DNA of 64,000 nucleotides, taken from assembly GCA_965116495.1 (NCBI GenBank), contig OZ220696.1, positions 672,001 to 736,000 on the forward strand, written 5' to 3'. Position 1 is the stretch's first letter; every line of letters starts with the position of its first letter. Positions 1 to 9,250 of the stretch are shown here, piece after piece. Origin of the DNA: Gammaproteobacteria bacterium. Lineage in GTDB: Bacteria > Pseudomonadota > Gammaproteobacteria > Eutrophobiales > Eutrophobiaceae. The notes under the pieces are model-generated. The model did not search any database, was not told the origin of the DNA, and was given only the letters and a program-made list of their open reading frames with translations. The translations under genes and the position numbers were made by a program.

Positions 1-1
1 T

Positions 2-1594
2 CACTGGGGCTCCCTGATCCACCGTCGTACAATCGTCGAATAGATTATTGAAATTTGCGCTGCCGCATTGCGTTTGGAGTCGGTTGATACAGCCGAAGCC
101 GCGATTGTCGAGCACGATTACAATTAATTTCTGACCGAGCATGACAGATGTCGCTATTTCAGAATTCAGCATCAGGTAGCTGCCGTCCCCTACAATAACG
201 AATACTTCAGCGCCGGGATCCGCCATCTTGACACCAATACCTCCTGCGATTTCATAGCCCATGCACGAGTAACCGTATTCCGAATGATAGCCACGCGAAT
301 ATTCGGTACGCCATAACTTCGCAGCCTCGCCGGGCATGCTGCCGGCCGCGACCACCAACACATCCTTTTTGGGGTCAACAGCCCGGTTAATAACAGATGT
401 GACCTGCGCATCTGACGGTAGTGAATCCGGTGATGTCTGATCGATAGAGCGGGTGTTGTCGTCCCAGCTCGACTTCACTGCCTCGATCCTTTCCAGCCAC
501 TCCGTGTCACCGGTCCAATTGCCCAGTTGTTCATCAAGTTCAGCCAGGGCACGGCCGGCATCGGAACGCAAGGCTATCGCATCGTGTTTGCCCGCATCAA
601 AGCTGCTGATGTTGATGTTTATTTGAGGTGCGGCTCCACTGCTGACGCCGGTGCGTGAGCCGGTGGTGAAATCGGAAAGTCGTGAACCGATTACAATTAT
701 CAGATCAGCCTCATATACCATCTCGTTTGCGGCACTGGTACCAACGACGCCTACGACCCCCGCGTTCATGGGATCATTGCAGGCCAGGGCGCCTTTACCG
801 GCCGAGGTCTCGACGACCGGAATTTTTCGTCGACTGATAAAATCACGAAATTGCTCAATGGCGTGTGAATAGTGTACGCCGCCTCCAGCTACAAGCACGG
901 GTCGCTGCGAACCCTGGATTACGCCGGCTACCCGGGCAATTTGATCCGGATCGGCACCAGGCCGGTGCAACCTGTGCAAGCGGACGTGAAAAAACGTTTC
1001 CGGATACTCGAAAGCTTGTGCCTGAACATCCTGTGGCAGCGCAATTGTCACCGGGCCTGTCGTCTCGGGATTGGTCAAAACGTCAATCGCTCGCGGCAGA
1101 GTCGATAAAAGCTGTTCCGGTATTACAATGCGGTCGAAGTAGCTCGAAACGGGCCGAAAACAATCATTTGCCGTGATATTCGGATCGTGGGCGTGCTCTA
1201 CCTGCTGCAACACCGGGTCGGGCGCCCGGCCGGCAAAGCTGTCGCCGGGTAAAAACAGCACCGGAAGCCGATTCACATGGGCAACAGCGGCGGCAGTCAC
1301 CATGTTTGTGGCGCCTGGTCCGATTGAACTGGTGCATAGCATCATTCGCCGCCTACGAGTTTGTTTGGCATAGGCTATCGCGGCGTGCGCCATGGCTTGT
1401 TCACAATGTGCCCGATAGGTCTGGAGTTTATCGCGGTGTTGGTGTAAGGCCTCACCCAGAGCAGCGACATTGCCATGGCCAAATATAGCCCAGGCGCCGG
1501 CGAACAACGGCACCTGCTCACCATCCCGCTCAGTCTGTTGGGCGCACAGGAATCGAATAATTGCCTGGGCTACAGTAAGGCGCACTGTTGTCAT
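2..1594 (-). CDS. iolD: 3D-(3,5/4)-trihydroxycyclohexane-1,2-dione acylhydrolase (ThDP-dependent); 3' end runs off the window
   Basis: Not in the ORF track (apparently no stop inside the window). Manual translation from ATG at 1594: MTTVRLTVAQAIIRFLCAQQ...AIFGHGNVAALGEAL...EQAMAHAAIAYAK...CTSSIGPGATNMVTAAAVAHVNRLPV, the characteristic IolD N-terminus. Adjacent to other iol genes. Confidence 0.93.
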   Translation of the reverse strand, partial: MTTVRLTVAQAIIRFLCAQQTERDGEQVPLFAGAWAIFGHGNVAALGEALHQHRDKLQTYRAHCEQAMAHAAIAYAKQTRRRRMMLCTSSIGPGATNMVTAAAVAHVNRLPVLFLPGDSFAGRAPDPVLQQVEHAHDPNITANDCFRPVSSYFDRIVIPEQLLSTLPRAIDVLTNPETTGPVTIALPQDVQAQAFEYPETFFHVRLHRLHRPGADPDQIARVAGVIQGSQRPVLVAGGGVHYSHAIEQFRDFISRRKIPVVETSAGKGALACNDPMNAGVVGVVGTSAANEMVYEADLIIVIGSRLSDFTTGSRTGVSSGAAPQININISSFDAGKHDAIALRSDAGRALAELDEQLGNWTGDTEWLERIEAVKSSWDDNTRSIDQTSPDSLPSDAQVTSVINRAVDPKKDVLVVAAGSMPGEAAKLWRTEYSRGYHSEYGYSCMGYEIAGGIGVKMADPGAEVFVIVGDGSYLMLNSEIATSVMLGQKLIVIVLDNRGFGCINRLQTQCGSANFNNLFDDCTTVDQGAPV

Positions 1595-1766
1595 TGCACC
1601 CCCCCTGTTTGCCGATTGGGATCCTGCGACAGAATGTACTTTTTGATGGGCATAATTTTCGAGTGCTATTTCCAGTATTCTACCCAAAGTTTCATGAAAT
1701 AGAAAAATTATTCTATTCGGATTAAAATAAATGTTTTTCGTCCATGACCGTTCCGGAGCGAGACTG

Positions 1767-2615
1767 ATGAGCATTGACATACCACAGGATCTGGAGGTAC
1801 TTAAGACCCGTATCGCCAGCGAACATCCACATCTCAGTAAGCGCCTGAAGCAGGTGTCACACTACGTGATGGACAACCCAACCAGCATCGCTCTGGATAC
1901 GCTCTCAGTAATTGCCGGAGCGGCAGGTGTCCACGCTTCAACATTGGTCCGTTTTGCCAATAACTTCGGTTTTGCAGGTTTTTCTGATCTGCAAAAGCTT
2001 TACAAGACTCGTCTCATGGAGGAGTCGTCTGACTATAATCAGCGCATCCGTTCGCGTATGAGCGAGCAGGACGGCGCAGGTAGACCAGGTGCGCTGCAAT
2101 TGCTGACAGAGTTTGGTAAGGCTAATTTACATTCCCTGGAAGGAATGCTGCACGGCGCGAAAGAAGAAATTCTGCAGCGGGCGATTAAATTGCTCACCTC
2201 GGCAAACACAACGTATCTTGTCGGCGTTCGTCGTGCGTTTCCAATTGCCACCTACCTGCATTACACATTGAGTCACATTAACCGGCGTAGCCAGTTATTG
2301 GATGGAACGGGCGGTATGCTTTACGAGCAGGGACAATTTATGGGTCCTGATGATGCATTGATCGCAATCTCATACAAACCTTACGGCCGTGAAGCACGTG
2401 ATTTGATAGGGCAGGCTGCAGCGAACGGTTGCCCGGTGATTATCATGACCGACAGTCAGCTTTACCCGGCAGCGGTATCAGCTGACGCACTGTTCGTAAT
2501 AAAAGAAGCGGAAGTTCGTGGAATTCGTTCGTTGAGTTCAACAATGTGCCTTGCGCAGGCGCTATGCATTGGGCTTGCCTACGAGTTTGTCGAAAGCGAG
2601 CAGGTTATGGCCTGA
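1767..2615 (+). CDS. RpiR/MurR-family transcriptional regulator (HTH + SIS), IolR-like
   Basis: LSKRLKQVSHYVMDNP...IAGAAGVHASTLVRFANNFGFAGFSDLQ HTH; SIS domain with ISYKPY and TDS; divergent from iolD. Start moved to ATG 1767 (GGAG upstream). Confidence 0.9.
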   Translation: MSIDIPQDLEVLKTRIASEHPHLSKRLKQVSHYVMDNPTSIALDTLSVIAGAAGVHASTLVRFANNFGFAGFSDLQKLYKTRLMEESSDYNQRIRSRMSEQDGAGRPGALQLLTEFGKANLHSLEGMLHGAKEEILQRAIKLLTSANTTYLVGVRRAFPIATYLHYTLSHINRRSQLLDGTGGMLYEQGQFMGPDDALIAISYKPYGREARDLIGQAAANGCPVIIMTDSQLYPAAVSADALFVIKEAEVRGIRSLSSTMCLAQALCIGLAYEFVESEQVMA

Positions 2616-3750
2616 TCGGTGTCCATGAGCTATCGTTTGCTGCAGATTCGACAGCCGCTTCTATGCTTGCAACCGAGATCAGCCCATCTACAGCATCAGG
2701 GTAGTGCAACGCTAACTGCAAGGGCGCACGACCCGCTTGACGCGCCCTGATCACGTCGGCCAGGTCAGCATAGATATTCGCAAACGCCCCGGGCAAGCCT
2801 TCGGCATGACCGATGGCCAAGCGCGAAGCACGCTCTGCATCGGCAGAAAGCCCAACACCACCTCGTTCTATTATGCGTGTTGTTTTGTTGAGCGGTGTCC
2901 AGAAAAGCTGATTTGGCCTTTCCTGTGCCCAGCGTAATCCGCCATTGCTGCCGAATACCTGAATTGTCAATCCGTGCATGCGTCCAACTGCGACGGCACT
3001 TGCCCATAAGCGGCCAACGGCTCCCCCCGAAAAACGCAGCGAGAGCATTGCATCGTCTTCCAGCTCACGACCGCCGACGCAAGAGACAAAATCGGCCGAG
3101 ACCTTCACAGGCGACTGTCGCGACACGAAACTTGCCAGGTGTAATGCATGGATTCCACAGTCAGTTGTGACGGCGGAAATGCCTGCCTGTGCCGGATTAT
3201 AACGCCAGCGCACCCGTGGATTGTCGGCATCATCTGCATACGCGTGAAAACCATGTGCAAATTCGGTGTAAATGACGCGCACATCGCCAATATCGCCTTG
3301 TGCGATCATGGCGCGCATGTGTCGAACCAGAGGATAACCGGAATAGCCAAAATTAACTGCGCACAGACGTTCGTTTGTTTTGGCGACCTCAACTATTTCA
3401 CGTGCTTCCTGCACGGTCATGGTCATGGGTTTTTCAATAAGAAGATCAAATCCTGCAATGAGATATGCTTTAGCAATTTCAAAATGGGTGGCATTCGGCG
3501 TTGCAATTGTAACCAGATCGAGCCGATCTGTTTGTACACATTCGTGTTCCAGCATTTCCTGCCAGGAGCCATAGGCACGGTCTTCAGCTATTCCGATTTT
3601 TTGCGCAAAACCTCTACCTTTGTCAGCATCAATGTCCATGGCGCCGGCCTTTAGCTCGAATAAACCATCCAATTGTGCAGCCAGGCGATGCGCCAGCCCG
3701 ATTTGACTGTGTTCGCCGCCACCAATGATTCCCCAGTTCAACTTATGCAA
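2605..3750 (-). CDS. Gfo/Idh/MocA-family oxidoreductase (inositol dehydrogenase-like)
   Basis: Rossmann GIIGGG, IATPNATH, EKPM and DCGIH motifs; lies in the iol cluster. Confidence 0.9.
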   Translation of the reverse strand: MHKLNWGIIGGGEHSQIGLAHRLAAQLDGLFELKAGAMDIDADKGRGFAQKIGIAEDRAYGSWQEMLEHECVQTDRLDLVTIATPNATHFEIAKAYLIAGFDLLIEKPMTMTVQEAREIVEVAKTNERLCAVNFGYSGYPLVRHMRAMIAQGDIGDVRVIYTEFAHGFHAYADDADNPRVRWRYNPAQAGISAVTTDCGIHALHLASFVSRQSPVKVSADFVSCVGGRELEDDAMLSLRFSGGAVGRLWASAVAVGRMHGLTIQVFGSNGGLRWAQERPNQLFWTPLNKTTRIIERGGVGLSADAERASRLAIGHAEGLPGAFANIYADLADVIRARQAGRAPLQLALHYPDAVDGLISVASIEAAVESAANDSSWTPIRP

Positions 3751-3795
3751 TATCCAGCTCCGGTTAAATCCAGCCGGTAGAGTATCTTAACGCCA

Positions 3796-4689
3796 TCAAA
3801 TGAATCCAATTGATTCAAGGTGGATGCGGTTCGCGATGGCGTCATCCAGGGGGGAGGTGCTGCCTGCAGGATCACAATCCTGTTCAACCGTACACCAGCC
3901 GCGGTAGTCGATATCAAGCAAAACTTGCCGCACGGCCACGAATTCTGTGCTTCCTTGACCGAGTCGGCAGAATATTCCCTGGGCGCAGGCTTCATAGAAC
4001 CCGGTACGGTTTTGTACGACTCGGCACCTGACGCTTTCATTAATGTCTTTAAAGTGTACGTAGCTGAGACGGTCGCCATGACACTGCATAAATTTGATTG
4101 GGTCGTAGCCGGCATATTGACAATGACCTGTGTCAATGCAGAGTTTAAGTATTGCAGGATCTGTGTCATCCAGCAGTCGTTCCACCTCTGGCCGGAAATC
4201 GATAAAACCACCGGCGTGAGGATGAATGGACACAATGAGACCGAATTCTTGCGTCGCCATGTTAGCAATAGCCTCAATACGCCCGGTAAAATTACGCCAC
4301 TCTTCGTTACTCAACTGTTCTGCTTCAAGAGGCCGGCCCGCTGTTTGCGCCCGTCGCGGTGATATCGAATCGATCAGCACCAGATGCTCTGCGCCGTGTG
4401 CCAGCAAGGTAGTACATGTACGTATTGTGGTGTCGCGTATGTCATCGTATCTCGACGCATCATAAAAAGGTTGATATACCACGCTGCCTATCAGCTTTAA
4501 GTCGTGCAGCGCCAAGGCGTCGGCGAGCACAAAGGGATCTTCGGGCATGTATCCAACCGGGCCGAGCTCGATGCCCTTAAAACCTGCTCTGGCACATTCA
4601 TCGAGTACCCGCGACCAATGTGGATTGCGGGTATCATCTGCAAACTCGACACCCCAGGAACAGGGAGCATTGCCTATGCGTATTGTCAT
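3796..4689 (-). CDS. iolE: myo-inosose-2 dehydratase (xylose isomerase-like TIM barrel)
   Basis: IGNAPCSWGVE, HPHAGG, DTGH, HFKD and VEQD motifs. Confidence 0.82.
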   Translation of the reverse strand: MTIRIGNAPCSWGVEFADDTRNPHWSRVLDECARAGFKGIELGPVGYMPEDPFVLADALALHDLKLIGSVVYQPFYDASRYDDIRDTTIRTCTTLLAHGAEHLVLIDSISPRRAQTAGRPLEAEQLSNEEWRNFTGRIEAIANMATQEFGLIVSIHPHAGGFIDFRPEVERLLDDTDPAILKLCIDTGHCQYAGYDPIKFMQCHGDRLSYVHFKDINESVRCRVVQNRTGFYEACAQGIFCRLGQGSTEFVAVRQVLLDIDYRGWCTVEQDCDPAGSTSPLDDAIANRIHLESIGFI

Positions 4690-4879
4690 TAATACTCTTG
4701 AAAGCTATTTCTGGAGGGGTTCGGCTATGATTTTCGGTACACAGTTCACTTTCAGGATTCAGTCTGGCGTTCTTAGTTTAAGGATCAAGTCTGATTATAC
4801 GCCGTTACTTCCACCGTCAAAACCCCAGCCCTGCTGGGAATGACCGTAGTCTTTGCGGATGATGTAGTTGTGGTGATCC

Positions 4880-5100
4880 AGGGTGTTATAAAACCCAGGG
4901 TCACTGCCAGTCGTCGCAGTTTTGCAGAATGTCTGCGTGCTATTTCATAACCCATTTTCTGCATGAGATAGTTTTGCCGGGTATGGGGTGATTGCAGCAG
5001 TTGCACCTTGCCGAACCGCCCCAGTCCGGTTGCTGATTCGGTGGAACTGGTTACAGGCGTGTTATCGATATGGGACCAGTATTTTATCTTGAGCAGACCG
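4880..5100 (-). pseudogene. Internal remnant of a DmsC/SoeC-type molybdoenzyme membrane-anchor subunit
   Basis: ESATGLGRFGKVQLLQSPHTRQNYLMQKMGYEIARRHSAKLRRLA matches the conserved DmsC/SoeC-like segment from memory; N- and C-terminal TM helices are missing. Confidence 0.65.
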
Positions 5101-5101
5101 G

Positions 5102-5272
5102 CGCCATGCGGACCTGATCGCCAGGGAAATGGCCGGTTCCATGAAACACTTCGGTTCTCAATGGTCAATGGAAAAATTGCAACGTCTGGCGCTGCACGCC
5201 TATTACATCAACTACGGCACCTGGATGTATCGCGACCATGCCCGTCCTGATTACGAGGAGGTCCTTGGCTGA
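5102..5272 (+). pseudogene. Probable C-terminal remnant of an unidentified gene
   Basis: Open frame RHADLIAREMAGSMKHFGSQWSMEKLQRLALHAYYINYGTWMYRDHARPDYEEVLG* with protein-like composition, back-to-back with the DmsC remnant. Confidence 0.35.
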
Positions 5273-5374
5273 AAAATCAGCGCGTTGAACTTTATGATCT
5301 CAAAGTGCTTTGATTAACCTGCTTGTCTTATCGGGCAGGATTATCAACAGTTCCGCTCATACGGGTCTGAACGC

Positions 5375-6229
5375 TTAATCCGGCTTCACGTCACCCATCA
5401 GCCGGTACACGGCAGAGTCGTTGCCTTCAACAAACAACTCTTCCATGTGTCCAGCCTGTACCAGTTCATAGGCCAGGGAACTTAACTCAAGGACGGTCCG
5501 CTGAATTATGTCCGTGGTCAATTCATGCACCAGCAGCAAATGGGGGATTTCCCCGGGCTCTAGCGCGACTACTTCCATGATGCGATAGAGTTCATAGGCA
5601 TGGACTCCGGTGATTGCACGGGCCTCCATTACGCCGGGAATATACCTGTCTTTCAACCACTCAAGCAGGCGCTTGTAGTCATTTTCATCAGCGCAACAGA
5701 TTATCTTCTGATTATAAACATAGCGCCGGCCGTCGGCTGGCGGGCTGGTTGCCAGGAGGCGCTTTGCTATGTTTACCTCCCTCCATGTAACTGTTGCCGG
5801 CGGATACCCGGTGAGTTTGCGGTAGTAATTCGCTTCCGTCACCTTCAGCAGATCGGTAATACGGCCCAGCGCCACCATTTTGCGGGCGCCCACATACAAA
5901 TCGATAATTGTCTTGTCAATATCCGCGCTTTCGATACTGTAGAGCGCGATGTATTTACCTTCATCTTCGCTCAAGTCGAGTTCCGGCAGTTCGACAAAGC
6001 GTTGATGTACAGCGCGGCGGGCCCGCATGAAACCGGGAACGGACAGCACATCGGGGATATCGATATCGTCGTACCAGGCGTTGAATTCTGCTTCCCTGGC
6101 CGGGTCCGTACTTTTGGTCTTAACCATGTAGAACCAGTGACCGTCAATACCGGAATCATCGGTTGCAGCAGGGACTGTTAAGAGATATAACAGGAACCCC
6201 ACCAATACAGTAGGTATGGTTGTTTTCAT
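5375..6229 (-). CDS. Exported protein with two tandem EthD/DUF4286-like dimeric alpha-beta barrel domains
   Basis: Likely start ATG 6229 (MKTTIPTVLVGFLLYLLTVPAA signal peptide); EAEFNAWYDDIDIPDVLSVPGFMRARR motif, and a degenerate second copy (LLEWLKDRYIPGVM). Confidence 0.7.
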   Translation of the reverse strand: MKTTIPTVLVGFLLYLLTVPAATDDSGIDGHWFYMVKTKSTDPAREAEFNAWYDDIDIPDVLSVPGFMRARRAVHQRFVELPELDLSEDEGKYIALYSIESADIDKTIIDLYVGARKMVALGRITDLLKVTEANYYRKLTGYPPATVTWREVNIAKRLLATSPPADGRRYVYNQKIICCADENDYKRLLEWLKDRYIPGVMEARAITGVHAYELYRIMEVVALEPGEIPHLLLVHELTTDIIQRTVLELSSLAYELVQAGHMEELFVEGNDSAVYRLMGDVKPD

Positions 6230-6293
6230 CTTTAAAAAGTCTATATTAGATAAAATAACGCTTACAAGTGCAACCAATGTGGAGTTGAAAACC

Positions 6294-7211
6294 ATGAGAT
6301 CACTGATCCCGCCTTTTATTTGCCTGGTCATGTTGCTGAGTTTCACCGGATGCGGCGGCGATAGCGCAAACAAACTCGAAGTGGAGATGTTCAAGGGCGA
6401 TTTCGCCACGGTGAACTCTTTCATTTTCTCCAACGGCAAATCCATCATCGTCATGGACGTGCAGCGCAAGACCGCCGAGGCGAAACAACTGGCCGAGCGC
6501 GTCAAGGCTTACGAGCTGCCGGTCACCCACATCCTGATAACCCACGGCCATACCGATCACTTCACCGGCATGCCCCTGTTCCGGGACGAGTTTCCCGATG
6601 CGAAGATTGTCGTGGCCAATGAAGACATCCGCAAGGACATCAAGGCTTATGCAATTTACATGGACGGGTTCGGCGCCACCGACGCCGAGCCGGTGCTGGA
6701 ACCGCCGCTGAGACCCAAATCGGCAGAAAACCCGGATGGCTTTGATTACGAAAACACCATTCACCTGCTGAATGACGCTACCTTGACCCTGGACGGCGGC
6801 GGTACACTGGAGTTGACTACGGATTACAAACCTGCGGAAGCGGATCACATGACCACGGTTTACAGCCCGGAACTCAACGCCATCTTCCTCTCCGATTTCG
6901 GCTACAACCGGGTGCACCACTGGCAGGGCGACGATATAAGCTGGCAGGATATCGCCAACTGGCGGGAAGAACTGGTGCGGATTAAAAACGAATACGCGGA
7001 ACGCAACCCCACCGTCTATCCCGGCCATGGCGACGTGGGGGACATGAGCATGTTCGATGCCATGATCCGGTACATTGACGACTATACCCGTATCGTGCAG
7101 GCGGCAAAGACCCGCGCAGAAGCCATGGAGAAAATGACTGCGTTATATCCTGACTACGGAGAAGCAGACTTCTTCCTGAAATACAGCATTCATAACCATA
7201 TCAGGGAATAA
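6294..7211 (+). CDS. Metallo-beta-lactamase-fold hydrolase, lipoprotein
   Basis: Lipobox FTGC; THGHTDH, SDF and PGHG motifs; start at ATG 6294. Confidence 0.85.
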   Translation: MRSLIPPFICLVMLLSFTGCGGDSANKLEVEMFKGDFATVNSFIFSNGKSIIVMDVQRKTAEAKQLAERVKAYELPVTHILITHGHTDHFTGMPLFRDEFPDAKIVVANEDIRKDIKAYAIYMDGFGATDAEPVLEPPLRPKSAENPDGFDYENTIHLLNDATLTLDGGGTLELTTDYKPAEADHMTTVYSPELNAIFLSDFGYNRVHHWQGDDISWQDIANWREELVRIKNEYAERNPTVYPGHGDVGDMSMFDAMIRYIDDYTRIVQAAKTRAEAMEKMTALYPDYGEADFFLKYSIHNHIRE

Positions 7212-7406
7212 CCGGTTTCGGCTAAATTCCCTTATCAATTTTTCGGCTTGAGCCAACGGCGCTGTTCAATTTTCAGCCGAAAACGCCTGCTTGTTGAAGA
7301 TGCCTTTTTCAACAGAAACCAGATCTTGTTCAACGCACCCTGCACCAGCGCGCGACCGGCAAAGGTAAACCATCAGGTGCCGGGTCCTCCTGATGCAGTA
7401 CGACAA

Positions 7407-7913
7407 TCAGGTGTAATCGGCCGTCACGGAAAAACCGGCGCTGTCTTTCAGGGTCTGCAATACAACGCAATAGCGTTCGGTCAACTGGATCAACTTGTCC
7501 AGGGACTCGGACGGTGCATCGGATTGCAGTGAAAAGCGCAGGCGGATGTCCCTAAAACCGACTTTTGCATCTCGATCTACCGCCAGGGTGCCGCGAAAAT
7601 CCAGATCGCCCTCCGCATGTATGCTGGCGTCGGTTAAATTTATCCCCATTGCCGTGGCGACCGCCTTCAGGGTCACGCCGGCACAGGCGACCAGCGCTTC
7701 CAGCAGCATATCACCCGAGCATAGCTGCGAACCGTCGCCGCCGGCGGCAGGGTGCAGGCCTGCTTCCGCAAGCTGTCTGCCAGTCTCCACCTTGCAGGCT
7801 ATCCCTTCGGTCACATGACTTTCCGCCCGCATGGTAATGACGGCGGTTTGGGGAGCATCGATATATTGTTCTTTCAACGGTGCTTGTAACTCTTTCAACT
7901 CTGTGGAATCCAT
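7407..7913 (-). CDS. OsmC/Ohr-family protein
   Basis: LLEALVACAGVTL ... TERYCVVLQTL two-Cys pattern; GGAG RBS. Confidence 0.88.
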   Translation of the reverse strand: MDSTELKELQAPLKEQYIDAPQTAVITMRAESHVTEGIACKVETGRQLAEAGLHPAAGGDGSQLCSGDMLLEALVACAGVTLKAVATAMGINLTDASIHAEGDLDFRGTLAVDRDAKVGFRDIRLRFSLQSDAPSESLDKLIQLTERYCVVLQTLKDSAGFSVTADYT

Positions 7914-8020
7914 AGTAGTCTCCTGGTACTGTCACGTCATGTTGTGAATGTTCCGATATATTTACCTGCAACTTATCATGATAAATCCTGGTTAACCAGA
8001 ATCAAGGGAGAGACAGAAAA

Positions 8021-8419
8021 ATGCCTGATAAACGTACTGCGATAAGACAGATACTGAATCGAATCGTGGAAAGCGTTTATGCGCTGGACTATGAGGGTGT
8101 GCGTGATTTGATACCTGACGATGGCGTTTATTTCGGTTCGATTGCAGTCAAGGCGCAAGGGTATGATGAACTGTATGAAAAACAGTTTTCCAGGGTCTGG
8201 CCGAATATTGATGAATTCAAAATAGATCCCTCAACTATCTCCATTCATACGTCAGGTAAATTTGCCTGGGCCATCTGCCTGTTCGAGTCTTCTGCACCGG
8301 GACCGGATGGAGAACCATTGGCGCGCAAGGGCCGGATGACCTTTATCTTTGAATGGCGTGATGGAAAATGGGTCATGGTGCACAGCCATGATTCACTTTA
8401 TCCGGCCCTGCCGGGCTAG
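8021..8419 (+). CDS. SnoaL-like / NTF2-family protein
   Basis: 132 aa; C-terminal GRMTFIFEWRDGKWVMVHSHDS typical of SnoaL_3/DUF4440. Confidence 0.85.
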   Translation: MPDKRTAIRQILNRIVESVYALDYEGVRDLIPDDGVYFGSIAVKAQGYDELYEKQFSRVWPNIDEFKIDPSTISIHTSGKFAWAICLFESSAPGPDGEPLARKGRMTFIFEWRDGKWVMVHSHDSLYPALPG

Positions 8420-8697
8420 CAGTCTGTCGGACTTGAGTGCCGCGATTATCTTTGCAGGCCACTTTTCAGGTTTTTTTGTCGCGGCAAGGCGCACTTGCAT
8501 GTTGCCTGAACCTATACATGTACAATATGGGGTACAATATGGGGATGACACATTTGCCTGAAAATAGTATAGTATAATCAGGTAACGAGACGGGTTGTAT
8601 GGCTTCAAAATTTCATTTTATCTTGCTATCTCACTGAAAAAAAGAGATAAAGTCAAAAAATACTTGGCAAGTCAATGAGAAAAAATAACAATATGTT

Positions 8698-8847
8698 GAC
8701 CGCAGACCGCAGACCGCAGACCGCAGACCGCAGACCGCAGACCGCAGACCGCAGACCGCAGACCGCAGACCGCAGACCGCAGACCGCAGACCGCAGACCG
8801 CAGACCGCAGACCGCAGACCGCAGACCGCAGACCGCAGACCGCAGAC
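8698..8847. repeat. Perfect heptanucleotide tandem repeat (GACCGCA)x21 + GAC
   Basis: Read directly from the sequence; 150 bp without a mismatch. Confidence 0.98.
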
Positions 8848-9088
8848 TAATGCGCGTGTAGCGCGCATCCAACCACCCGCACCCCCATACCTCTACGGCT
8901 TGAAGCCTGCATGCAATGGCGTGGCAGTAGGCAGCCGTTTCGCATCTGGCCGGAATGCCCACGGGTTATTTGTCGCACAACAAACCATATTAATTATGCC
9001 CCTGTGGATTGGGATTGTAAGCAGGGGTCTGTTCACGGATATTCAGGGTCATCTTAAAGTCATTACTCGCTTTCAAATCTCCCCACCC

Positions 9089-9183
9089 GTCATTCCTGCA
9101 CAAGCAGGAATCCAGTCAAACAATCATTCATTGTTTACAAAAAATTACGTTTTCATTGGATTCCGGATCAAGCCCGGAATGAC
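9089..9183. repeat. REP/dRS3-like palindromic repeat pair
   Basis: GTCATTCCTGCACAAGCAGGAATCCA ... TGGATTCCGGATCAAGCCCGGAATGAC in inverted orientation; each half is itself a hairpin. Confidence 0.8.
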
Positions 9184-9250
9184 AGCGGGGCGTATACCGA
9201 CTTTGAGATAGCCCTGTCGCGGATATTACACAACGTACGGGAGACAGCTA

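Noticed and set aside
6230-6505. N-terminal extension of ORF 5375..6505
   Set aside because: Overlaps the divergent MBL gene; a signal peptide begins at ATG 6229. ORF-track starts at 13563, 37486 and 56971 are over-extended in the same way.
8698-8847. Tandem repeat as a CRISPR array
   Set aside because: Contiguous 7-bp units with no spacers and no cas genes.
8653-8962. Minus-strand ORFs with AVCGLRS repeats
   Set aside because: They are translations of the microsatellite with no independent coding evidence.
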